NCBI RefSeq assembly: GCF_963676685.1
Contig: NC_092353.1
Location: 69,812,001 to 69,876,000, forward strand
Direction of reading: 5' to 3'
From: Mytilus edulis
Lineage: Eukaryota
Length of the DNA stretch: 64,000 nt
Under the pieces are notes generated by a model. The model was not told where the DNA came from. It searched no databases and saw nothing but the letters and a program-made list of their open reading frames with translations. The translations under genes and the position numbers were made by a program. Positions 27,076 to 37,930 of the stretch are shown here, one piece after another. Within the stretch, counting starts at the first letter, position 1. Each line of letters starts with the position of its first letter.

Positions 27076-27856
27076 GTAATAAAGCAATAAGCACTCTTTA
27101 CATTTCATTTCATAATCTACCGTTTTACACTCTTATCATTTTTCCTTAATTTTTTCTAACAAAGAATTGAATTAAAATTGTTTTGTCAGACGCAATGATT
27201 TGATAATAATAATAATATAAGTAAAACCTTTATCCATATGAGTGTTTTATAAAGGCCAGTTATAATTTTTGTTATACTTGTTTGATTTTACAAAAGGAAG
27301 AAAATACCAAGGGAAATATTTAAAAAAGAAAGATATAAATCATGCACCATAAAACACTTGCATTGACAAAAAAGAAAAACCGCCAAATTTAGAGTTGAAC
27401 TCAGGGGCCCCGGAGGGGAAATTATTGTGTTAATATTTTGTTTTCTGCATTACCATCAAAACCAAATTAAATATCCTGTTTTATTAGATTCCTCTAAATA
27501 GATCGTATTTTCACGATTCATCTCTATATTCCGATATTGTAATAAACTTAAGTAAAAGTATTTAATATCTAATATATTTATATTCTTATTATATATTGAT
27601 TATAATATTTCGTTGAATTCTGAGGTGTCACGCGTACGACGAACCATCTTGGAACATGCACACTCATTTAGAAGCAACAAATGGAATGAGATCATTACTA
27701 TATTCGAATAAAGGAAAAAAAGACATTCGGCTTAAATCTTAAACATTTATCTATAATCTAGTCAGCCAATTGGTTCTTAACTGAAAAATTCAAACATGAA
27801 GCTTAATTTCTTAAAGTGAGAAAGAGCAGTTTCACTAATAGACTTTTTTCTTATTT

Positions 27857-28256
27857 CCGACTTTTGATTCCGGGGTTTATATTTTTTGACAGGTTACCTT
27901 CTCTGAAGCAATCGTAACAACTCGGCCATTTTCGGTACGCCTACAATAGCGAGAATGGCCGAGTAGTTACGATAGTTCTCTGTAGTTTGACATCCTGGTA
28001 CCCAGTCAATTACAAGCAACTTAAAGAAGTAAAATCAAGCTTACAATCGGTACAATTTAGGGGGAAATTTACTGTTTTATGTTTTCTGTACACGACAAAA
28101 TCATCGCAACAGTAAACTTTCCACCCAAATTGCACCGATTATATGATTGATTTTACTTTTTTCGCTTGCTCCTACCTGACCTTGCACTAGGATGTCATTC
28201 CATATATAGATTAGGTTATCTGTCGTAAAATTATATAATCCGGAGTTAAAAGACGG
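27857..28256. repeat. ~400-bp degenerate foldback with a nested 63-bp hairpin (27911-27973)
   Basis: Arms pair around a centre near 28050, e.g. aagtaaaatcaa..aatcggt / accgatt..ttgattttactt and tgacatcct / aggatgtca. Confidence 0.75.
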
Positions 28257-28689
28257 TAAAATGAAAGTAGTATTTTGCTGAATTCCTATCTGACTAAAAT
28301 TGAGATATGTCGTAACTCGTTTATTTTGATGAGCATAGAGGAATCGGAGATCTATATTTATTAGATTAGCTTAATTCGACTGGTTCGTTGACGAACAAAT
28401 ATGGATTTCTGTTGAGATTTACTTTATCAAATAAATAAAAATTTCACACGGCTATCAAATCATCATCAGTACAAAAATCTAAGGCATAAAAGGAATTTAA
28501 TTTGTTATGCATATTATAATTGTATAGAAAATTGTTACATAAACAAACCATATTTTATTATCAATGTTAATAACGTTGTTTTACCTTCTCCACCTCCCGA
28601 ATTTCCTCGACAGAACTTGCGAGAAACTATCCATTTAACTGCAGCAAGGTGGCATATAATCAGCATGAGAGAAGCAGGTATGTAGCTGT

Positions 28690-29570
28690 GACAATTGCAC
28701 GTATTGTTGGTCTTCACCATTCCTCTATAAGTCGTTTTGAGAATAAAAATCAGGCAACACACGATGTAAATGACCCCCAAGATCAAAAAGACCCCCTATA
28801 ACATTTTCTAGGGAAAATCAAGCATAATGAAGGTTGGTCAAAAGCAAACAATACAATCCTAAAAAGAGAGTGATGACAATACAGGAGCCTTTAAATAAGA
28901 ACTGTTCGATATCAAGTCATCGTTACTAGTTATCGTGCGATAAGACCATTTCGGGGACCTTTGCCTACGGACAGACACACGTTGCACGTATCCAATATAG
29001 TGCAGAGTTCGCCAAAGTTGGAAATAAGCATCGTGGAGGAAGATCTTCCTTGGCCCGATCGTAGCACGATTTTGAACCATATCGAGCATATATGGGGCAC
29101 TATTGGGCGTAAACTGCACGAAAGGACACTTCAGTTCAAACACGTCATGAAATAAACAATACCCTTCGTCAGGAATGGTTGCTTATGGCAGGAATCAGAA
29201 GACGTTAAGATGCGGTTATCTGTTTGAACGGAGACTGCGCACAAAGTACTAATTTTTTGGCGTATAACGATCAACCATGATGTGAACAATCATCTAAAGG
29301 ATAATTTTGAAATGTCTGACATTGTAAAGTTCGACTGCAGTAAAAGTTGTAAAATGCATTTTTTGGTACAAAAAACACTTCATTTTATTATAATAAATTT
29401 GGTGAGATAAAACATTTTTTTCCATATATATTTTGTTCGTTTTAATGCCAATGTTATCATTAACTTTCAATATTATTTTACAAATATTTTATCACATTCC
29501 ATGCAGAATAAGAGGCTGATTTTTCAAGTTTTAAAAAATCAAGGTGTTGCAATACTTTTTTCCATGTGTA
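28690..29570 (+). mobile_element. Tc1/mariner transposase remnant with right terminal repeat
   Basis: WPDRSTILNHIEHIWGTIGRK matches the Tc1 WPxxSPDLNPIE motif. The terminus ...gttgcaatacttttttccatgtg|TA at ~29545-29570 is Tc1-like. Left end not found. Confidence 0.7.
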
Positions 29571-29696
29571 TATTTAGAAAGCTAATACCCCAAGCCATGG
29601 CCAATCGAGGCATTATAAAAGTGCTACTTTATATACATACGCTGATACAGTTATTAAATTAAAATTATAAATGTCTTAGAATATAACTTTAACACG

Positions 29697-30114
29697 CTAA
29701 TAAAATTAACGGTACCAATTTTCTTGCACCAGATGCGCATTTCGACAATACATGTCTCTTCAGTGATGCTCGTGGCCAAAATATTTGAAATCCAAAGCTT
29801 ATATAAAGATGAAGAGCTATAATCCAAAAGGTCCAAAAAGTATAGCCAAATCCGTGAAAGGAACCAGAGCTTTGCATGAGGGAGATACATTCCTTAATTT
29901 ATAATAATTTCTATCATTTTGTATCAGTAAATTTTAATAACACAAAAAATCCGTATTTTCATGCCAGTACCGAAGTACTGGCTACTGAGGTGGTGATACC
30001 CTCGGGGACTAATAGTCCACCAGCAGAGGCATCGACCCAGTGGTAGTAATAAAATTAACGGTACCAATTTTCTTGCACCAGATGCGCCTTTCGACAATAC
30101 ATGTCTCTTCAGTG
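29697..30114 (-). mobile_element. Retrozyme family 2: 350-nt monomer bounded by two type I hammerheads
   Basis: Minus strand CATCA-CTGAAGA-GACA(tgtat)TGTC-GAAA-T(GCGC)A-TC^TGGTG at 29768-29727. Second copy at 30114-30077, exactly 350 nt away. Confidence 0.9.
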
Positions 30115-30159
30115 CTAAGTGATACATTAAAAAAGTTCTATTAGATTTTAAATAGATAT

Positions 30160-30925
30160 ACGCAATATTTCGCTAGACAAACTAGCTTCATCAGGGGTGT
30201 GCATCTATCCAGGTAAACTGATCGGATACATGTTAGCAAATATATTTTGTAGCTTAAACTTCACGCAGTTGGAATAAGAATTTAACATATTTATTAATGT
30301 TGTATAAATAGTATGAATTTCAAGATTATTGTTTTGATTTCTTTTTAAGTCTTTTCTCTTGTGTCTCCCTTGCGTGTCCCAATTTTGGTTTTTCTCAATG
30401 ATTTGAAATGTGACGTTTTCACAATTATGCCCTTCTCTTTAAAGTTGTCTTGTGATTAGACAAATTCTTTCTTTTGTATAAAATGACCGATGGTTATTCA
30501 ATCGGATGATGAATGGTGTTTCTGTTTCACCAACATATTGCACCTTGCAAATTCCACACGTTAGAACATAAATACAATTTTGCGTTTTGCAATTGGATGT
30601 AATAAATACATGAAATATGTTGTATTTATTTTTCATGACTGTGCTGACGAATTGGGTTTCAATGTTGGCGACTTTGCAGCACTTACAGTTGCCTCTTCTG
30701 CATGGGTCTTAACCTCTTATTTTTTATATCTCTTGTTAAGATACTTTATATGTAACTATAATATCCTTGAGGTTTTTTGGGTCTATGTTAAACCATGACG
30801 GGAGGTGATGGAAGATTCTCTTTTAATGAAGGATCATTTTCAATTAGACGCCAGGGTTTGTGGACAATAAATGAAAGATTTGTCAGGTGAGGATGAAAGC
30901 TGACAACAAACGGAAGTTTCTTTGT
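30160..30925 (-). mobile_element. 3' part of a canonical Penelope-like element: linker + C-terminal GIY-YIG endonuclease + hammerhead-like motif
   Basis: LPFVVSFHPHLTNLSFIVHKPWRLIENDPSLKENLPSPPVMV*HRPKNLKDIL, then NCKTQNCIYVLTCGICKVQYVGETETPFIIRLNNHRS. Downstream CTGATGAAGCTAG(tttgt)CTAGCGAAA at 30194-30168. Confidence 0.82.
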
Positions 30926-30949
30926 TTGGGCCATCTTTTCTTTGTATTC

Positions 30950-32420
30950 AAGCTTGTTACATGTACCTAAATTACAAAAAACAACCTAGTTCTACTACTA
31001 ATCTGTCAGTGCGTCTGACTACCCCCTTACCACTATCAAAGAATTTATTATTAACTTTTGTAATAAAATTTATGAAAATAATGGTATTAATTATTTTTGG
31101 AGTATTACAAATTCTTTATAGGTTTTAGATAAAATACTTTCTTTTGATGGTCCTTTCAATTCTGTTAACAGTTATGATTTTTCTACTCTCTACATTACAC
31201 TTCCACACAATCTTATCAAGAAAAAGTTTTCATATTTAATTTAATGGTCTATTGAAAAATCAAAGTGCAAATTTATTTGGTGTAACTCGTTTAAAGCCAT
31301 TTTCTGTTAGGAAATGGGAGAATATGCTAGATACACTTGCTGGGAATGTGACGAGATATGATTGAAGCTGTAAATTTTCTCCTGGACAACATATATGTAC
31401 GTTTCGGCGATAAAGTGTATTGACAGGTAGTAGATATTCCTAAAAAAATCCAGAGTTCTCTAAATATACTACCGAACTTAACCCAAAGGAACTTCTTTAA
31501 ATAAATCTAACATAACAGCAGTAGTTGTTCTTTTCCAGATTTAGACATGTCAATTTCTATAAGGAAACTCCATACTAAAATTTACAACAAAAGAGACGAT
31601 TTTTTTCATTCCCTATTTTTCAATTTCCTTTTCTAGACGGCAATGTTACTTTGGCTCCATCATACGCTGTGTGTATATATCCCATGACGTTCGTTATGCC
31701 CGTGTGTGTATTGATGTCATAGATTTTAACGAACGTAATTAATGCATAATTGGTAAATTATTAAGTCAGGAATTTTGTTACCATAAATTACTTAAAACAG
31801 TTACTAAATTCTTTCATAGATACAAAGATTTGTTTAGTAAAGTTGGCTATACGATCCTACTGCCTTTCGATATTTTTATTTTGGCATTGCACAAGTCATG
31901 TTTTTTTTACTGTCCATGGCGTTAAAACACTAAATCCCTGGGATGTGTTTTAATTGATTTTAGTCTCTGATCCTTGATATTCATTGTTAATTGTTTTTGA
32001 CTTTTAACTAGCTTTCAGTACAAAATGTAACTGCGAGTACTCTCAAATCGTATTTTCGTGTTAAGTTGACCTGTCGACACTATGTAATGCGTTTCTGTAA
32101 TTCAAAGTTTACTTGTTTTGTGTTATATCTCGTCTCACTATTTGTAATATGTATCACCTTTAATAAGTATTTAGCTTGATGATAAATTTTCACTTCAGTA
32201 CTCGTACTCTGGACAGCAATTAATTTTGTAAAAAATGTTTACTTTATTTCATTTTACATTTTATAGTGTGTCTTTTTATGTTGTAATGTTACACTACTGT
32301 CTCAGCTTAGAGTGAAGGTTGGCATCTGTTTAATGGTTTAAACCTGCTACTTGTTTATGCACCAGTCCTTAGTCAGAAGCCTGTTGTTCAGCGGTTGTTT
32401 CTTGTTGGTATAGTTCATAG
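30950..32420 (+). mobile_element. Highly degenerate Penelope-like RT with 3' non-coding tail
   Basis: Broken frames: INYFWSITNS, VNSYDFSTLYITLPH, FLLDNIYVRFGDKVY, TKIYNKRDDF, RYARVC. The tail at 31860-32420 is similar to 15600-16090. Confidence 0.78.
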
Positions 32421-32624
32421 CAGGTTTGGTAAGCGTATATCTATTTAAAATCGAATAGAACTTTTTTAATGTATCTCTAGCGTGTTTAAGTTATATTCTT
32501 AGACATTTATATAATTTTAATTTAGTAACTGTAACAGTTCAGTTTTACAAGCTGAGACACGCTTAAATAAATTGAATGTTTATTGTTGCTATTTTTAGAC
32601 ATTATATATACTTGTATATTATTA

Positions 32625-33102
32625 GTTACACAGTGTGCAATTGTCCTAATACGAGAATTTATCGGGTCAATAAAATTCATTCGGGTGAGGCGAAGCCAAA
32701 CCCGATATGAATTTTATTGACCCGATAAATTCCGTATTAGGACAATTGAACACTGTGTAACGAATTTATCCTGATTTTGTTATATTACATATAATTATAT
32801 TCAAATTCAATGTTAGGACAATATCAATAAATATATTTTAGATATTTAATAAAAAAATGTGAAAAATAAAAAATATTATGACTACAAAGCAACTCAATTG
32901 TTTTTTTTTGTTTTTTTTTATTAGGTCAATGGTATAAGGGAGATAATTCCAATTGACGTAATAAATAAGGGAGATAATTCCAATTGACGTAATAAATAAG
33001 GGAGATAATTCCAATTGACGTGATAAAAAATTGTACTGAAATTTATTAGGACAATATCAGCCAATCAAATTGCGAGAAATTACTCTAAATCAGGATAAAT
33101 AT
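32625..33102. mobile_element. Palindromic non-autonomous element: ~135-bp hairpin + short inverted repeat pair + 31-bp minisatellite
   Basis: Near-perfect palindrome at 32625-32761 centred on GGCGAAGCC. ATTTATCCTGATT (32764) / AATCAGGATAAAT (33100). About 3x gggagataattccaattgacgtaataaataa. Confidence 0.75.
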
Positions 33103-33157
33103 ATTTCTGGATATAATAGCTATACTACTAAAGAGAAGAGACCGATTACATTGATCA

Positions 33158-33194
<37 letters not shown>

Positions 33195-33522
33195 CATTCT
33201 CCGAGGGTATCACCAGCCCAGTTGTCAATACTGCTGTGTTGACTAAAGTTAACATTGATATGTTCATTATTATAAATTATCTCTTAACAAATCTTTGATT
33301 TTTTTAAATTCTACGGCTTTTCTACCTCAGAAATAGATTACATTAGCTCTATTTGGCAAAATCTTTTAGGAATTTTTGGTCCTCAATGCTCTTAAAATTC
33401 GAACTGTATTTGTTGTTTGTTTTTTTTCACATTTTTTTATGTGAGCGTCACTGTTTAGTTTTTTGTAGACAAAATGCGCGTCTGGCGTAAATTTAAATTT
33501 TCAATCCTGGTATCTATGAAAA
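33195..33522 (+). mobile_element. Retrozyme family 1 degenerate monomer (counterpart at ~19875-20035)
   Basis: Unit homology. Hammerhead core mutated (ctgtttag...caaaa). Ends at cctggtatctatga. Confidence 0.78.
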
Positions 33523-34072
33523 GTTCCTTCATTAACAAATAAAACAAATTATACTTTGCGAAAGAACAACATATACATTATCTAAAATAAAACAGCAGCT
33601 ATTGTAAAGCAGGTGCAAACATTCCTTTTATCCTCACAACAAAGGATTGATCACATTAGATTTACGAGCAATATATAGTAATGAGTTTTAAAAATTGTGT
33701 CTTGCTTTTATATAAATCAAATATATCAAATCCTAATATCAATAACATCAAAGCATTTTTACCCCTTTTTGGTCGTTGTTTCTATGCCATTTTAAATAAA
33801 AATAAAAAAAGTAAGTAAGAATTGCTTTTACGATCATGCTTATGATTTTCATAATAACTCCTTATTCGGTTAACAATATCTACATCTTGCGCATGATAAT
33901 TCAAAGCAGAACCAAACATATATTTATAAGAACATAATGTTGTCAAAGTCGTGTACGTAATCAAACAATATTGAACCACATCATTTCATTTATTTAGTAT
34001 AGTACATAATTTCTTCAGGATATATACAAATAATTTAACAAAATTGTTTATGATAGTTAAATAGGACAAACT

Positions 34073-35008
34073 ATGGATTCTATTGCCATTGGGACCGTTT
34101 TAATTTGTTTTATTTGTCTAATTCTAAATATTATTTCAGTTGCCGTTTTAGTGAGTTCAAAGAAATTAAAGATGTCAAAGTTCAAGACACTTGTATTATG
34201 TTTAAGTATCAGTGATATAATACTGGTGTTAGAAGTTCTATCTTTTGTTATCATAAGATACACTGATAACGGAAAAGACACCGTTGAATATTCCTGTGCC
34301 GCACTGAAACACGTCATGGCTGGCACGTTTATTTTCTCATTGTACCAGTGCTTTATGATCTGTTTAGAACGTCTGAATGCAACATTTGCCACTTATAAAC
34401 GCACTTTACATGTTCTTACGTCACGTAAAGGAGTATGCACTGGCTACGTTCTGATTCAAGTAGTAACGGCATTGCATCTTGTTGACGATATTACGCGAGG
34501 ACACAAACCGTGCACAACTCCGTCAATCTCTGTTCCTAGCTTTGTCCTTTTTTTCGATTTACCTATTTTACTTTTGTGCGTAGTAATTGTTGGAGTTTAT
34601 GTAGTGATAATTTTTCGTATAATCAGGCAACAATCAATGAATCAGAATATCAGGTTAGGGAACACCAGATCAGCTGATGCAATGAAGAAAAGTACAATAA
34701 CACTTGGAATTATCATTGCTGTATCACTGGTAGGAATTATGCCGAGAGTATTGCTTGCTTTTGTTTCGATATTTACTGGAGAAACATTCACAGGCTTTTG
34801 GAGGACCCTATGTAATGTCTTATTACTATTAAATCCATTATTGGATCCGATAATTTATGTCTTTTGTGTAAAGGAATTTAGAGACCATCTTAAATTAATT
34901 TGGTCAAAAATCAAAACCTCCATCCAGCCTGTGAGTACTGTTGAAATTATTCAGCATTCTTTAAATTCAATAGAAAGGTGTGACCATGGGGTACTTGAAT
35001 CTATATAG
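34073..35008 (+). CDS. Single-exon rhodopsin-class (class A) orphan GPCR, 311 aa
   Basis: Seven hydrophobic segments. TM1 Asn (ILNII), TM2 LSISD, TM3 Cys and ERL (DRY-like), TM6 Pro (IMPR), TM7 NPLLDPIIY, helix 8 KEFR. Confidence 0.92.
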   Translation: MDSIAIGTVLICFICLILNIISVAVLVSSKKLKMSKFKTLVLCLSISDIILVLEVLSFVIIRYTDNGKDTVEYSCAALKHVMAGTFIFSLYQCFMICLERLNATFATYKRTLHVLTSRKGVCTGYVLIQVVTALHLVDDITRGHKPCTTPSISVPSFVLFFDLPILLLCVVIVGVYVVIIFRIIRQQSMNQNIRLGNTRSADAMKKSTITLGIIIAVSLVGIMPRVLLAFVSIFTGETFTGFWRTLCNVLLLLNPLLDPIIYVFCVKEFRDHLKLIWSKIKTSIQPVSTVEIIQHSLNSIERCDHGVLESI

Positions 35009-37566
35009 TTTGTTTGATTGTTTAAAACGGGTGTTGTTACTGAAAGAGGATATTGTGTATTGTTTGTTTGTTTAATTTAAATCATGTGATGTATTGTTGA
35101 GGCCTAAGCTACTGCACATGCAGAAGGTTTAAAATAAAGGCAACAGTAGTATACCGCTGTTCGAAATTCATAAATCGATCTCGATGTTTCATTTCATTTT
35201 TAGTACTTTGATGAACATTATAAAATTTGATGTAAATTTAATGTTATCAATTTAAGACCTTTTGATAAATATGTGATGCTACCACTGCATAGAGTGTGAA
35301 ATGAAATTTATCCACATCAGACAGTGGAAGTTTCAAATTCAAAAAGCGAGGCTCGTCGGGCGTTTTAAATATTCTAAATTAAACTGTTGCGAGCTGTTAA
35401 TATTGTTTTGCACGAGATGTGATGGTGGAATCTGTATCACTCCTGATTTTTAAACAATATGTAGACAATATCATTACTCCTCTTCGATTGATCTGCGAAA
35501 AAAATGTTTCTTGTATGTGATCTCATCAGGCATGGTCGCTTTTTTATGACGTCACAATAGGAATTTCAGCGAAAAGCAAGAATATTTGACTTCATTATCG
35601 AGTTTTGACCAATGAAGAACCGAGATCAAACGAACGATACGTTGATTTAATAAAAATTATCAAAAGTGGATATATATTGTGTAAAAAATAAAGAATTGTT
35701 CTTTGATTAATCTAAAAATAATTGCTAAAATAAATGAAATGCATTTTTCACGTCGGTTCTTTCAGGTTCTTATGTTGTTAGAATTTTATTAATGTCGTTT
35801 TGACATTTCGATGATTTATTCTGTCTTGCACCTTTTATTCAAACTCTAGGCTGGCGTAATTTGTTAAAGGGAAAGTCCGCGATTTTTTATTTATCATCTA
35901 AATATATTTGTCTTAACATAAAAAAACACATCACAAAGTTTTATATTTATATTCCTTCTAATAACGGAGAAAATCAAGAATTTGTAACTTTTTTGCTTGA
36001 CCTACGAGAGTGGATTGTGACGTTTTAGCCCGATTTTTTTTTAATCCTGGGGGAAAATAAAATCTGTTAAAGTCTTAATTTCTTGTCACATACTACGTAA
36101 TTAAAAGCGCACAGATGATCGATGGTCGTAGTTAATAACAACAATATCAAAATGAACGTGCGTGTACCGTTTTGTATTATTGAATAAAACTTCCTATATA
36201 ATTATATAAATATAAATATTTTCGAATTAATTTCAAAAATAATTGTTAGGATTTTTTCATAAATTATCTATTGAACATTTTTACTGATCTTGAACTGAAA
36301 ATATTTTACGTTTTTTTTTTTTACCGTTTTAACTTGGATAACCATTTCAATGAAAATATGTGTGAACAGAGTGTGTATATTATTTTGTAAAGTCATTGTA
36401 TATTTTTCGATCTGAGGAGAATTGGTTTGAACTTTACCTTGCAGCAAAATCTCAGGTGTACACAGGTGTGCATTCAAGCGTACACAACTGTGAATGTTGT
36501 CATTTCGAATGAATTAACAGAAAGGGTAAAACGAGTTTAATAGACCGATGACAATAGAGAAACAATAATTTAATTGTATAAATTTATTGAAAATATTTTT
36601 TTAATTTCGGAAGTATATACAGCATAAAAATTATTCCAGTGTTTTACTGTGTTGACCTTGACTTTCTCACTCTTTCATAGATAGAACATGTAGAAAGGGA
36701 TGTTAAAACGTGTATTGATCAAATTAAGATTTAAAGACGTTTTATAATTTTTAATTGATAGTATTTTTTATTAGTTTTGTCACTGATCAATTACTTAATA
36801 TGGATAGTATATAAATTCTCTAGCTATAATGACAACCTCACCATAAAGCCAACAAAAAAAATCAGCATAGATACCAGGATTTAAATTTGTATGTAAAACG
36901 CGCAGGTATTTTTTACAATAGTCTAAATAGGGACGCTTGAATCCAAACGTTGGCAAAATAAACATGATAAAGAACATTGAAGAGCATTAAGTATTACATG
37001 TTAACAACTTTGAAACAATTTTATGTACATTTGAAATAATTGTGAAACGATTTACATTGTTGGTGGCAACATAATCTCTGACTGAATAATTTACCATCAT
37101 AACACTCTGCATATAGTCTTTTTTATTAGAATAATGCTATCCGTAGTTGCCTACATTACAATTACCGATACATGTATAATTCGGAGTTTAGTATGACGTC
37201 CATTATCACTGAACTAGTATACATATTTGTGTAGGGTCAGATAAAGGACGCCTTCAGATCAGGGAGTTTCTCGCTGCGTTGAGGACCCACTGATGACCTT
37301 CCGCTGTTGTCTGCTCTATTGTCGGATTGTTGCCTCTTTGACACATTCCCTATTTCAATTTTCAATTTTTTGTATTTTTTTTTTGTACAATTTCTTTATC
37401 GTTTGGTTTCTTGTGGAGAGTTATCTCATTGGATATCATACCACATCTTTTTTTTATATTCATTGCATTAAAAGATGTTGTGTTTTCCAACAAGAAAACG
37501 CATATAATGTCCAAATACATCATTAAAGGCAAACCTGAAGAAGACGTAGACCAAATCAGTATTCAG

Positions 37567-37930
37567 GATAAAATTGAGAATGGAAATGGGGAATGTGCCA
37601 AAGAGACAACAACCCGACCATAGAAAAAAACAACAGCAGAAGGTCACCAACAGGTCTTCAATGTAGCGAGAAATTCCCGCACCCGGAGGCGTCCTTCAGC
37701 TGGCCCCTTAACAAATATATACTATATAATGAACGCCATACTAATTTCCAAATTGTACACAAGAAACTAAAATTAAAATAATACAAGACTAACAAAGGCC
37801 AGAGGCTCCTGACTTGGGACAGGCGCAAAACTGCGGCGGAGTTAAACATGTTTGTGAGATCTCAACCCTCCCCCTATACCTCTAGCCAATGTAGAAAAGT
37901 AAACACATAACAATACGCACATTAAAATTC
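37567..37930 (+). repeat. Interspersed repeat family 'ataaaattgagaatggaaatgggg...'
   Basis: Other copies at ~8325-8408, 37175-37350, 40780-41395 and 45330-45645 (minus) and 55432-55500 (plus). Confidence 0.8.

Noticed and set aside
27857-28256. Foldback as a selected RNA structure (G-U-rich outer stem)
   Set aside because: The inner stem has A-C mismatches as well, consistent with neutral decay.
29654-30127. Short ORFs within the retrozyme, and most other 60-110-aa ORFs in the track
   Set aside because: They lie in repeats or AT-rich non-coding DNA, often start at non-ATG codons, and show no recognisable domains.
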